Shown: positions 34,261 to 43,735 of the stretch, piece after piece
How the letters are laid out: every line of letters starts with the position of its first letter
Numbering within the stretch: position 1 is the first letter of the stretch
Origin: Candidatus Methylomirabilota bacterium
GTDB lineage: Bacteria > Methylomirabilota > Methylomirabilia > Rokubacteriales > CSP1-6
NCBI GenBank assembly: GCA_046726415.1
Contig: JBKPAK010000213.1
Location: 1 to 64,000 of the forward strand
Direction of reading: 5' to 3'
DNA: 64,000 nucleotides
Translations under genes and position numbers: made by a program
The notes under the pieces: generated by a model
The model's input: only the letters and a program-made list of their open reading frames with translations
Databases searched by the model: none
What the model was told of the DNA's origin: nothing

Positions 34261-34263
34261 GGC

Positions 34264-34866
34264 TTATCCCACCTCGCCGACCTTGAAGCGGGCGAAACGC
34301 CTGACCACGATGCGCTCCTGCGTCTTGGCGTTAACGCTATCGACCACGTCCTTGACGCGGGTCTTTCCCGAGGCGTCCTTCACGAAGGGCTGCTCGAGCA
34401 GACAGGCCTCAGTGAAAAACTTCTCCAGCTTCCCCTCCACGATCTTGTCGAGGATCGGTGGCGGCTTCTTCTGGTCGGCCATCTGCTCGCGGTAGATCTG
34501 TCGCTCCTTGTCGAGCACCGCCGGGGGCACGTCCTCCCTCGCCACGTAGGCGGGGTTGGAGGCGGCCACCTGCATGGCGAGATCGCGAACCAGCTCGCGA
34601 AAGGCGTCGGTCTTGGCCACGAAGTCGGTCTCGCAGGCCACCTCCACGAGCACGCCGAGCTTGCCGCCGGGGTGAATGTACGCCTCCACCAGCCCCTCGC
34701 GCGCCTCGCGATGGCCCCGCGCGGCGGCGTCGGCCAGCCCCTTCTTGCGCAGGTACTCGACGGCGGCGTCCAGGCTGCCGTTGGACGCCTGAATCGCGGC
34801 CTTGCAATCCATGACGCCCGCCCCGGTTCGCTCCCGGAGCTCCTTCACCAGCTGCGCGTCCGACAT
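34264..34866 (-). CDS. tsf: elongation factor Ts (short, 200 aa form)
   Basis: VKELRERTGAGVMDCK, ETDFVA, LLEQPFVKD. Confidence 0.96.
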   Translation of the reverse strand: MSDAQLVKELRERTGAGVMDCKAAIQASNGSLDAAVEYLRKKGLADAAARGHREAREGLVEAYIHPGGKLGVLVEVACETDFVAKTDAFRELVRDLAMQVAASNPAYVAREDVPPAVLDKERQIYREQMADQKKPPPILDKIVEGKLEKFFTEACLLEQPFVKDASGKTRVKDVVDSVNAKTQERIVVRRFARFKVGEVG

Positions 34867-34869
34867 GAA

Positions 34870-35634
34870 TCAACCCTCCGCAACCGCCACGGGCATATCG
34901 ATGTCGCCCGCGTGCTCGACCAGCACCTCCTCGGCGCTCTCTTCCTTGGCGAGGGTGCCCCGGCCTTCGTTGATGGCATCGGCGATGCGAGAAGCGATCA
35001 GGCGCACCGCGCGAATGGCGTCGTCGTTGCCGGGGATGGGGTAGTCGATCCCCGAGGGGTCGCAGTTGGTGTCGACGATGGCCACGATGGAGATGCCCAG
35101 CCGACGGGCCTCGGCCACCGCGATCGCCTCCTTGCGCGGATCGACGATGAAAACGGCCGAGGGCAGGATCTCCATCGTCTTGATGCCGACCAACGCCTTC
35201 TCCAGCTTCTGGCGCTCGCGCTCCAGCTCCAGCGCTTCCTTCTTGGGCAGCCGCTCGTACTCGCCGGTATCGCGCATCTCCTCCAGACGCTTGAGCCGCG
35301 CGATGGACTTGCGGATGGTGGTGAAGTTGGTGAGGGTGCCCCCCAACCATCGCTGGTTGACGTAGAACATTCCGCACCGCGCGGCTTCCTCGAAGACCGT
35401 CTCCTGGGCCTGCTTCTTGGTCCCCACGAACAACACCGACCCGCCTCCCGCCGCCAGGTCTCGGACGAAGGCGTAGGCCTCGCGGAACTTCTTCAGAGTC
35501 TTCTGCAGATCGATGATGTAGATCCCATTGCGCTCGCCGAAGATGTACTTCTGCATCTTCGGGTTCCAGCGCTTGGTCTGGTGGCCGAAATGCACTCCGG
35601 CCTCCAGCAGTTCCTTCATGGTCAGAGCTGCCAT
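34870..35634 (-). CDS. rpsB: 30S ribosomal protein S2
   Basis: [35 protein letters not shown]. Confidence 0.98.
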   Translation of the reverse strand: MAALTMKELLEAGVHFGHQTKRWNPKMQKYIFGERNGIYIIDLQKTLKKFREAYAFVRDLAAGGGSVLFVGTKKQAQETVFEEAARCGMFYVNQRWLGGTLTNFTTIRKSIARLKRLEEMRDTGEYERLPKKEALELERERQKLEKALVGIKTMEILPSAVFIVDPRKEAIAVAEARRLGISIVAIVDTNCDPSGIDYPIPGNDDAIRAVRLIASRIADAINEGRGTLAKEESAEEVLVEHAGDIDMPVAVAEG

Positions 35635-35643
35635 GGTTCCTCC

Positions 35644-35716
35644 CTCGGTTGTGCCTCCGCCGCGTGTTCGAAGCGGTACCCGCTCCGCACCGATGGTGAC
35701 GCGGCGTGCGTGATCA
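35644..35716 (-). promoter_or_regulatory. probable rpsB (uS2) autoregulatory leader RNA
   Basis: Minus strand CACGCAC-GCCGCGT...CGGTG...ACGCGGC-GGAGGCACAACCG: long stem, GGAGGC-N-AACC motif and CGGT/ACCG pseudoknot potential, resembling known rpsB leaders. Confidence 0.65.
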
Positions 35717-35721
35717 CTGCC

Positions 35722-36936
35722 TCACGTCGTGTACTTCGCGTTGATCCGTACGTACTCCTCGGACAGGTCCGAGGTCAACACCCGGTCCTCGCCGGCACCC
35801 AGACCGAGGTCGATCGTGATGCCATATTCAGGACCGCTCATGATCTCGCGGATCTTTTCCAGGCGGGTCCCCTCGCGCCGGATTCCGCGTTCCACGATGG
35901 TCTCGTCGCCGAAGGCGATGCTCACCCGGCTCTGGTCCACCCGGGCTGCAGACTTTCCCAACGCCATCATGATGCGCCCCCAGTTGGGATCCTGGCCATT
36001 GATGGCCGTCTTCACGAGGGGCGAGTTGGCCACGCTGCGCGCCGCGGTGAGCGCGTCGCGCCGAGACGCGGCCCCGCGCACGGTGACGGTCACCAGCTTG
36101 GTGGCTCCCTCGCCGTCCGCCACCAGCATCCGGGCCAAGCGCTCCATGAGCGCTTCAAGTCCTCGGGCGAATTGACGCAGTCCCCCGCTCCCTCGCTCGA
36201 GGGTGACGTTCTCCGCCAAGCCGTTGGCGAGGACGGCCACCGTGTCGCTGGTGGACTGGTCCCCGTCGATGGTGATGCGGTTGAACGACCGATCGACCGC
36301 GCGGTGCGTGATGCCGGCCAGCGCGTCCCGCGCGATGACGGCATCGGAAGTGACGAAGCAAAACATCGTGGCCAGGTGTGGCTCGATCATCCCCACGCCC
36401 TTGGCCATCCCCCCGAGCGTGACGGGGCGCCCGTTCACTTCGACGCGGAGGGCGGCTTCCTTCGGTCGAGTGTCGGTGGTCATGATCGCCTCTGCCGCCG
36501 CTCGTCCCCCTTGCGGTGAGAGGGCCTTGACCAGCCGGGGCAGGGCCGCGCGAATCCGGTCCATGGGCAGCGGCACGCCGATGACCCCGGTAGAGGCGAT
36601 GAGCACGTGCTGGGCTGAGATGCGCAGGAGATCCGCCACCGTCTTCGTCATCTCTCGCGCGTCGCGGAGCCCCTGATCACCGGTGCACACGTTGGCGCAT
36701 CCACTCGAGGCCAGGATGGCCTGAGCCACCCCACTCCGAGCGTGCTCCGCCGACACGACGACGGGAGCCCCCTTGACCTGATTGGAGGTGAACACGGCCG
36801 CCACCCGGGCCGGCGTCGGCGAGTGAATCAGCGCCAAATCCTTCTTACCGCTCGGCTTGATGCCCGCCGCGACGGCGCCGGCGAGGATACCGGGCACGGC
36901 GGTCGCGCCGCCCTCGAGCCATTCGAGATCAGCCAT
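35722..36936 (-). CDS. argJ: ornithine acetyltransferase/N-acetylglutamate synthase ArgJ
   Basis: ASTGVIG, AIMTTDT, KGVGMIEPHLATM, DGEGATK, DPNWGRI, INAKYTT. Confidence 0.96.
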   Translation of the reverse strand: MADLEWLEGGATAVPGILAGAVAAGIKPSGKKDLALIHSPTPARVAAVFTSNQVKGAPVVVSAEHARSGVAQAILASSGCANVCTGDQGLRDAREMTKTVADLLRISAQHVLIASTGVIGVPLPMDRIRAALPRLVKALSPQGGRAAAEAIMTTDTRPKEAALRVEVNGRPVTLGGMAKGVGMIEPHLATMFCFVTSDAVIARDALAGITHRAVDRSFNRITIDGDQSTSDTVAVLANGLAENVTLERGSGGLRQFARGLEALMERLARMLVADGEGATKLVTVTVRGAASRRDALTAARSVANSPLVKTAINGQDPNWGRIMMALGKSAARVDQSRVSIAFGDETIVERGIRREGTRLEKIREIMSGPEYGITIDLGLGAGEDRVLTSDLSEEYVRINAKYTT

Positions 36937-37992
36937 CTAGGGATACACCGGTGAGGCCTCGAGACCGGTGCGCTCGTCCCACCCCATCATCGCGTTGAGA
37001 TTCTGCACGCCGTTGGCCGCGCCCCCTTTGCCCAGGTTGTCGATCGCCGAGATGCAAGTCGCCCGCTGCGTTCGAGGGTCGGCTACCACGGCAACGTCAC
37101 AGAAGTTCGAGCCGACCACCGCCCGCGTGGTGGGACGCGCCCCGTCGTCGGCGACGCGGATGAATGGCTCGCCGGCATAGAACTCGCGGTAGAGGGCCAT
37201 CAGATCGGCAGTGGCCACCGCGCGCGTCAGCGCCACCGAGGCGGTGGTGAAGAGGCCGCGGTTCATCGGGAGCAAGTGCGGCGTGAACGACACGCGGACC
37301 ACGGCGCCGCACAGTCCCGCCATTTCTTGTTCCATTTCGGGCGTATGTCGGTGAACGCCGATGCCATACGCCTGGACGTTCTCGTTGGCCTCCGTATAGA
37401 GATACATGGGATCGATCTTCCGGCCCTGGGCTCCCGCCCCCGTCACACCCGACTTGCCATCGATCACGATACCCTCCGCCCGCGCCAGCCCTGCCTTGAG
37501 AAGCGGTGCGGTGGCCAGGATGGCGCCGGCCGGATAGCAGCCCGGGACGGCCACGAGCGATGCCCCCGCGATGGCCTTTCGGTGCAACTCGGGAAGACCG
37601 TAGACGGCGTCGGCCAGTCCCTGGGCGTCTTCGTGGGGAGTCTTGTACCAGGTCACGTAGTCGCTGGCATCGCGCAGTCGATAGTCGGCGGACAGGTCGA
37701 TGGCGCGGCGGCCGCGGCGGCGAAGGACCGGCACGGCGCGCTGCGACTCCATGTGCGGGAGGGCCAGAAAGACCACGTCGGCCGTATCGGCCAGCCACTC
37801 GGGCTCGAGCTCGTGGAAGACCAGGCTGGTGAGACCGCGCAGGTGCGGGTAGCTACGGTCGAGCCTCTCTCCCGCCAAGCGCTCCGACGTCACGCCGGCC
37901 AGCTGGACGTGAGGATGCCGCAGGAGCAGCCGGATCAGCTCGGCGCCGATGTAGCCACTGGCGCCCGCAACGACAGCGCGAACCCCAGCCAC
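36937..37992 (-). CDS. argC: N-acetyl-gamma-glutamyl-phosphate reductase
   Basis: GASGYIG, DLSADYRL, PGCYP, SGVTGAG, IDNLGKG. Confidence 0.96.
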   Translation of the reverse strand: MAGVRAVVAGASGYIGAELIRLLLRHPHVQLAGVTSERLAGERLDRSYPHLRGLTSLVFHELEPEWLADTADVVFLALPHMESQRAVPVLRRRGRRAIDLSADYRLRDASDYVTWYKTPHEDAQGLADAVYGLPELHRKAIAGASLVAVPGCYPAGAILATAPLLKAGLARAEGIVIDGKSGVTGAGAQGRKIDPMYLYTEANENVQAYGIGVHRHTPEMEQEMAGLCGAVVRVSFTPHLLPMNRGLFTTASVALTRAVATADLMALYREFYAGEPFIRVADDGARPTTRAVVGSNFCDVAVVADPRTQRATCISAIDNLGKGGAANGVQNLNAMMGWDERTGLEASPVYP

Positions 37993-38005
37993 CCTGGCTC
38001 CGCGC

Positions 38006-38401
38006 CTACCGCTTGGAGTACTGGAACTTCTGGCGGGCACCAGGTTGGCCGTACTTCTTCCTCTCCCGCATACGGGGATCGCGAGTGAGGAGCCCGGCCT
38101 TCTTCAGCGCCAGGCGCAGCTTGTCATCATAGTGCACGAGCGCGCGCGCGATCCCATGCCGGACTGCGCCTGCCTGTCCGGTGGGGCCGCCGCCGCCCAC
38201 ATTGACGGCCACATCGAACTGTCCGTCGGTCCCCGTCACCTGGAAGGGTTGCGCGATGATCATGCGCAGAGTCTCGCGCGCGAAGTAGTCCTCGAAGGTC
38301 CGCCGGTTGACTACGATGTGGCCGGAGCCCGGCTTGATCCACACCCGGGCGACCGAGGTCTTGCGGCGACCGGTTCCGTAGAAGCGATCGACCACCGCCA
38401 T
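38006..38401 (-). CDS. rpsI: 30S ribosomal protein S9
   Basis: [39 protein letters not shown]. Confidence 0.98.
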   Translation of the reverse strand: MAVVDRFYGTGRRKTSVARVWIKPGSGHIVVNRRTFEDYFARETLRMIIAQPFQVTGTDGQFDVAVNVGGGGPTGQAGAVRHGIARALVHYDDKLRLALKKAGLLTRDPRMRERKKYGQPGARQKFQYSKR

Positions 38402-38823
38402 CACCGGACCTCCAATGTCTGAGGCTGCTGCGCTTGGTGTGGGTGCTCGGCCCCCCGGTACACCTTGAGCTTCTTCGCCATGGCGCGACCGAGGCGGTTT
38501 TTCGGGAGCATTCCCTGAACCGCCCACTCGATGACCCTTTCAGGGTGCTTGTGCAGCATCTGGTCGGCGCTCACCTCGCGCAGGCTCCCGATGTAGCCGG
38601 AATGGGTGCGGTAGAGCTTATCTCGCCCCTTGCGGCCACTGAGATGTACCTTCTGCGCATTGACGACCACCACGTGGTCACCGACGTCCAGGTGCGGCAC
38701 AAAGATCCGCTTGTGCTTGCCTCTCAGGATGGTCGCGATTCGGGAGGCCAAACGGCCCAGGACCACGCCCTCGGCATCGACGACATACCAGCTCCGCTTG
38801 CTCTCACACTCTGTTCGCGTCAT
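38401..38823 (-). CDS. rplM: 50S ribosomal protein L13
   Basis: [34 protein letters not shown]. Confidence 0.98.
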   Translation of the reverse strand: MTRTECESKRSWYVVDAEGVVLGRLASRIATILRGKHKRIFVPHLDVGDHVVVVNAQKVHLSGRKGRDKLYRTHSGYIGSLREVSADQMLHKHPERVIEWAVQGMLPKNRLGRAMAKKLKVYRGAEHPHQAQQPQTLEVR

Positions 38824-38865
38824 CAAGCTTTCCCCGGCATCGCCTCTGGAAATTCGCAACGTTTT

Positions 38866-38894
38866 ACCTTAGACGACCACTCCCATTGTGTCAA
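38866..38894 (-). promoter_or_regulatory. sigma70-type promoter upstream of rplM
   Basis: TTGACA-17 nt-TAAGGT on the minus strand. Confidence 0.75.
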
Positions 38895-38903
38895 GAGACG
38901 CGC

Positions 38904-39620
38904 CTACTTGCGAGGCACCTCCAGACGGCGGGGCGAACCCCGGCGCGAGGGCATGACGCCGCTCGCGCCCGCTCGCGTCTTTCTCGGCCAAGGGCATTGG
39001 GCGCGGATCGGGCAGACAGGACATACCGGCTTCAAGGCCGTGCAGGTCCGTCTTCCATGCGCTTGGACCAGGTGGCAGAAGCGGGTCCACTTGGCGCGCG
39101 GGACGACCTCCACCAGCTGATGGTGAATGCGGTCGGGATCGTCACCGCGGGCCAGACCGAGGCGCTGGGCAATCCGGACGACGTGCGTGTCCACGGCAAT
39201 CGCCGGCTCGCCGAAGGCATTGCCGAGGAGTACGTTGGCGGTCTTGAGGCCCACCCCGGGTAACGCGGTCAGGGCATCGCGGGATCGGGGAACGTCACCG
39301 CCGTGTCGTTCAACCAACCCACGCGCCATGCCCAAAAGGGATCGGGTCTTGGCCCTGTAGAAGCCGGTGGAGCGGATCTCCGCTTCCAGCACGGCTGGAT
39401 CAGCGGCGGCATAGTCCCGAGCGGTGCGGTACTTCCGGAACAAGGATTTCGTCACCTGATTGACGCGCTCGTCGGTGCACTGGGCTGCCAGGATGGTCGC
39501 GACGAGCAACTCGAGCGGCGTGGAGAAGTTCAGAGCGATCCGGGCGTCCGGATAGGCACGCTCCAGGTTGCGAATGATGACCCGCGCTCGGGCTCGCGTC
39601 GCCTCTCTCGTCTCTCGCAT
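38904..39620 (-). CDS. nth: endonuclease III
   Basis: LLVATILAAQCTDERVN, HhH LPGVGLKTANV, AVDTHV, C-X6-C-X2-C-X5-C. Confidence 0.95.
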   Translation of the reverse strand: MRETREATRARARVIIRNLERAYPDARIALNFSTPLELLVATILAAQCTDERVNQVTKSLFRKYRTARDYAAADPAVLEAEIRSTGFYRAKTRSLLGMARGLVERHGGDVPRSRDALTALPGVGLKTANVLLGNAFGEPAIAVDTHVVRIAQRLGLARGDDPDRIHHQLVEVVPRAKWTRFCHLVQAHGRRTCTALKPVCPVCPIRAQCPWPRKTRAGASGVMPSRRGSPRRLEVPRK

Positions 39621-39685
39621 CGGTATCAGCGCGTCATCTGCCGCTCATCATCAGCCACGCCGATCATACGCCGGCACCGCTCGGC

Positions 39686-41863
39686 TCATTCCCCGGAGAT
39701 CGTGACCCCGTCCGCCTGGATCGTGACCTGCCCGATCTTGACGGGCATGGCCAGCCGCCGGGCGATCCGCCCCGTAGGGTCGTATTGTCGGGTGACCCAA
39801 TCGACCAGCCCGTCGGGTATGGCGAGGCGTCCCACGCGCACCCCTTCAGGCACGAGAGCAATGGGCAGATCGCCGGGTGCCCGGACCACGCGAACCCGCC
39901 CTGTCACGTCGGGGCCGAACTGCCGCACCGTCACCGCCAGGGCCCCCGATTCGAGCGTCACCTGGGTCTGAAGCTTGGGAAGCTCGGCGAGAAAGCCAGC
40001 TAAGTCCTCCGCGGTGATCATCGCGCGTTCCAGCCGGAAGAGGGAGGCGGAGAGCAGCTCCAGCCGCGCCTCGCTCACCGCTGTGTGGGGATTAATGAGG
40101 GCGTCTTCGACGCTGACCTGCACGTTTCGCATCCGAAGCCGGGCCGCGCGCGGTCGCAAGAACTCCGCGAAGGTCGCGCGGGCGGCCGACAGCTCCACGC
40201 GCCTGATGCGCCCCTCCCGCGCGCCCTCGTCGTAGCGCACATGGATCGACGCGCCCTCGAGGTCGCGAGCGAAGTCGGCGATCCAGCGCCAGAACGCGCG
40301 CTGGGCGGCCTCCGCGACGTCTGCGGCCGAGGCACCAGAGATCGCGGTCAACCGACGGGCACGGACCGTCGCCTCGGACCCGTCGGGCAAGGCAAACCGC
40401 CCGATGACGGGGAACACACGACCCAAACCCGCCGGCGCCTCGATGCTTGCTGTCGCGCGGCGGATCCTTGCTTCGGTCCAGGGCGGACCCACGTCGCCTG
40501 TCTTGAGAATGACGTACTCGATTCCCAGGGGCGTCTGATCTCCCCAGGCCCGCGAGAACTGGAGCGCCAGCCCGTCTCGCCGCGCGAAGTAGCTGAAGTT
40601 CGAGAGAGAGAAGAACGGGTGATTGGGTACCACGCTCACCGTGGCCGGCCGCCCTCCGCTATCGCGGGCGATGAGCGCGAGGATGTCGCGCTGCGGCCAG
40701 TCACTTCGAAGTGGGGGTGAGGGGATCCCCAGGGCCACACCGAGCCCGGGCACATGGGCCGCATGCGGATGGTCGAACGCGGTGGCTCCGATCTGAAGCA
40801 CGGCGACTACTCCCAGCGCAGCGGCCGTGGCGAGCCGGCCGCTCGATGGCAGGGCACGCCAGCCGATTGCCGAGACGACGGCGGCGAGGGGCAGCAAGGG
40901 CAGCGTGTACCGCATGTTCTTGTTGCGGAGCGCTTCGAGGACGAGGAAGGGACACGCCAAGGACCCCAGCAGCCACCAGCGTCGCCGGTAGAACGCAGCC
41001 AGGAGGCCGACGAGGAACAGGGCCGTCGCCGCGACCCCGAACTGCGAAGGGAGCCAGCCAGGGTATTGCAAAAGTGCCTCCCAGGTTCGGGGATCGAGAT
41101 GACGGGTCTCGTCAGCCGACACGGCACGCCAAGCAAACTGAGAGGGGAGCCCGAACAGTCGCGGACCATACCACGGCAACGCCAGAACCGTGCCGACGCC
41201 CAGGAGGAGGATCCCGTTGGCGGCCCCACGCCAGTCCCGCATACCCCGCAGGAGCCAGATGAGCGCTGGCGCCACGTACAGCCCGAACGAGGGCTTCGTC
41301 AGCATCCCCAGCCCCAGCACCGCACCGGTGAGAAGCGCCCAGCGGCTGTCCCCAAGGCCATCTGCCTCGCGGATCACCACGAGGGCGAGCGCAGCCATCG
41401 CCGCGAGCGGAAGGTCGAGTTGCATCTGCACGGTCGAGAGGACCACATAGGGCGCGGTGCCATAGAGCAAGGCGGCCACGGCAGCGCCGGAATCACCCGC
41501 ACTGGGCTGGGCCAGGAGGTACGTCGCGAACATCCCCAGGCCAAGAGCGGCAAGCATGACCACCGCACCAGCGGCCACGTCGGTGGGCGCGATCAAGTAC
41601 ACGAGGCCCGTCGCGCAGAGGACCAGGGGCGGGTAAAAGGGAGAGTGGCCGAGCACCGCGTCCCAATCGCCGCGCTGGATTCCCTGGGCGCACCGCACAG
41701 CACGCTCGAGGTGGTTGGCATAGTCCCATTCGGGCGGGTGTCGATCGATCCACAACCACACGATGGCGACCAGGGTCAGGCCGATGAATCCCACCAAGGT
41801 CGCCCACCGGGCGGGTCGCCGGGCGCGGCGCGCGGCCTCCGGCGCTGTCGCCATGGCGGGCAT
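39686..41863 (-). CDS. ArnT/PMT-like (GT-C) membrane glycosyltransferase with a long soluble C-terminal extension
   Basis: PPEWDYANH, YPPL, DLPL, LGMLTK, PWY, NKNMRYTLPLLP motifs; multiple TM segments. Confidence 0.78.
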   Translation of the reverse strand: MPAMATAPEAARRARRPARWATLVGFIGLTLVAIVWLWIDRHPPEWDYANHLERAVRCAQGIQRGDWDAVLGHSPFYPPLVLCATGLVYLIAPTDVAAGAVVMLAALGLGMFATYLLAQPSAGDSGAAVAALLYGTAPYVVLSTVQMQLDLPLAAMAALALVVIREADGLGDSRWALLTGAVLGLGMLTKPSFGLYVAPALIWLLRGMRDWRGAANGILLLGVGTVLALPWYGPRLFGLPSQFAWRAVSADETRHLDPRTWEALLQYPGWLPSQFGVAATALFLVGLLAAFYRRRWWLLGSLACPFLVLEALRNKNMRYTLPLLPLAAVVSAIGWRALPSSGRLATAAALGVVAVLQIGATAFDHPHAAHVPGLGVALGIPSPPLRSDWPQRDILALIARDSGGRPATVSVVPNHPFFSLSNFSYFARRDGLALQFSRAWGDQTPLGIEYVILKTGDVGPPWTEARIRRATASIEAPAGLGRVFPVIGRFALPDGSEATVRARRLTAISGASAADVAEAAQRAFWRWIADFARDLEGASIHVRYDEGAREGRIRRVELSAARATFAEFLRPRAARLRMRNVQVSVEDALINPHTAVSEARLELLSASLFRLERAMITAEDLAGFLAELPKLQTQVTLESGALAVTVRQFGPDVTGRVRVVRAPGDLPIALVPEGVRVGRLAIPDGLVDWVTRQYDPTGRIARRLAMPVKIGQVTIQADGVTISGE

Positions 41864-41864
41864 C

Positions 41865-43037
41865 CTAGCGGTCGTCCAGAAAGCGGCCGATCCTTCGAAG
41901 TCCCTCGGCGATGCGGTCGATGGATGAGGCGTAGGAAAAGCGGAGATATCCCTCGGCATTGGTGCCGAAGGCAGCTCCGGGTGTCACGGCCACGTGGCAG
42001 GATTCCAACATGTCGAAGGCGAAACGGGTCGAATCACGCGTGTAACGGCGAGCATTGGCGAGGACATAAAAGGCCCCGGTCGGCTCAAAGCCGACGCCGA
42101 GCCCGATCGCGCGCAGCCCCGCGATCATTGCCCGGCGGCGCTCGTCGAAGATCGCGCGGTATTGCTGGGCGTCCTGGCGCGCCTCGGTGAGCGCCGCGAC
42201 TCCTGCCCATTGAACAAATTCGTTGGTCGAGATGAAGAAGTTTCCATAGACGGTCTGGAGCGCCCGAATGTGCTCACGCGGACCGATCAGGTAGCCGAGT
42301 CGCCAGCCGGTCATGGCGAACGCCTTCGAGAAGCCGTTGAGGACGAAGGCCCGCTCTGTGAACTCGAGGATCGAGCGGTCCCGATCGCCGTAGTTCAACC
42401 CGTGGTAGATCTCATCGGACACGACGAACGGACCCTCAGCGGACACGCGGGCGATCGCCTCCAGCCGCTCGGCCTCGAGCACAGCCCCCGTCGGGTTGGC
42501 GGGGGAGTTGACCAGGACGGCCTTCGTTCGCGGTCCGAGGCGTTGGGCGATCGCGTCCGGACGGTATTGGAAGTGCTCCTCCTCGCTGATCGGCACGTAC
42601 GCGGGGGTTCCTCCAGCGTACCGGATAAAATTCGGATAGCAGGCGTAGTACGGATCGCTGAGGATCACCTCGTCGCCAGGGTCCACCAGGTGTCCGAAGA
42701 GCAACAGCATGGCCGGCGAGGTTCCGGGCGTGACGAGAATCTGATCGGGCGAGATGGTTACCCCGTAGGTGCGATGGTAGTGCTGCGCGATGGCCTCGCG
42801 CAGGGGCAGAATACCGAGGCTCGAGACGTATCGGGTTCGACCGTCCTTGAGGGCCCGCTCCGCGGCCTCACGCACGACCAGCGGGGCCTCGAAGTCCGGT
42901 TCCCCGAACTCGAGATGGACGATGTCGGCCCCTGCGCGTTCGAGCGCCTGTGCCCGTTCGGCGATCTCAACGGCCAGGAACGGCTCGATCGCCCCGACAC
43001 GCCCGCGGGGCGTCAGCGGCAAGCCTTCAGGCGCCAC
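41865..43037 (-). CDS. PLP-dependent aminotransferase class I/II
   Basis: GEPDF, NSPANPTG, SDEIY, NGFSKAFAMTGWRLG, YLRFSYA. Confidence 0.93.
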   Translation of the reverse strand: MAPEGLPLTPRGRVGAIEPFLAVEIAERAQALERAGADIVHLEFGEPDFEAPLVVREAAERALKDGRTRYVSSLGILPLREAIAQHYHRTYGVTISPDQILVTPGTSPAMLLLFGHLVDPGDEVILSDPYYACYPNFIRYAGGTPAYVPISEEEHFQYRPDAIAQRLGPRTKAVLVNSPANPTGAVLEAERLEAIARVSAEGPFVVSDEIYHGLNYGDRDRSILEFTERAFVLNGFSKAFAMTGWRLGYLIGPREHIRALQTVYGNFFISTNEFVQWAGVAALTEARQDAQQYRAIFDERRRAMIAGLRAIGLGVGFEPTGAFYVLANARRYTRDSTRFAFDMLESCHVAVTPGAAFGTNAEGYLRFSYASSIDRIAEGLRRIGRFLDDR

Positions 43038-43735
43038 CGCGCCTTGACGATCTCCAGGACCATGCCCAGCCCGTGCCTGAGCACGCCAACCTTTCCCCCG
43101 GGCTGGTCGGTCCAGTTCACGGGAACCTCGGCAATGCGATAGCCCGCCGCGCGGGCGAGCAGAAGTAGTTCGACGTCGAAACCGAGCCCAGTCGTGGACA
43201 GCCTACCGAAGAGGTCATCCGCCACGTGTCCCACGAACAGCTTGAACCCACACTGCGTGTCCGACACACCATCGAGGCCCAGGCGGCCGACCATCCAGTT
43301 GAAGACGCGCCCAGCCACCACGCGGTGCGGCGAGGCGACCACGGCGACGGACGGGTCATGCGCGGCCCGCGAGCCGATGACGACATCAGCCCCGGCGGCC
43401 AAGGCCGGCTCGAAGCGTTTGACCTCTTCGATGGGCGTGGCCCCGTCAGCGTCGGTGAACAGTCGGAACATGCCTGAGCTGCCCAGCATGCCCCGTTGGA
43501 CAGCCGCGCCCTTACCCTGATGCCATCCGAGGGCCACGGCCCGCACGGCCGGGTGCTCTCTTGCACAGCGCTGGACCACTTCGATCGTGTCGTCGCTGCT
43601 TCCGTCGTCGACCACTATGACCTCATAGGGCTCGGACCGTCCTTCGAAGTAGGTCACGACCCGGTCGAGGTACGGAGGCAAGCGGTCGCCCTCGTTGAGG
43701 GCCGGGATGACCACCGACCATCGCGGAGGAATCAC
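43013..43735 (-). CDS. GT2 glycosyltransferase, polyprenyl-phosphate glycosyltransferase-like
   Basis: SVVIPALNE, VVDDGSSD, GKGAAV, FTDADGA, DTQCGFKLF, FDVELL. Confidence 0.9.
   Translation of the reverse strand: MIPPRWSVVIPALNEGDRLPPYLDRVVTYFEGRSEPYEVIVVDDGSSDDTIEVVQRCAREHPAVRAVALGWHQGKGAAVQRGMLGSSGMFRLFTDADGATPIEEVKRFEPALAAGADVVIGSRAAHDPSVAVVASPHRVVAGRVFNWMVGRLGLDGVSDTQCGFKLFVGHVADDLFGRLSTTGLGFDVELLLLARAAGYRIAEVPVNWTDQPGGKVGVLRHGLGMVLEIVKARWRLKACR

Noticed and set aside
34264-34866. EF-Ts of only 200 aa as a truncation
   Set aside because: Short EF-Ts forms are established in several phyla and the motifs and termini look complete.
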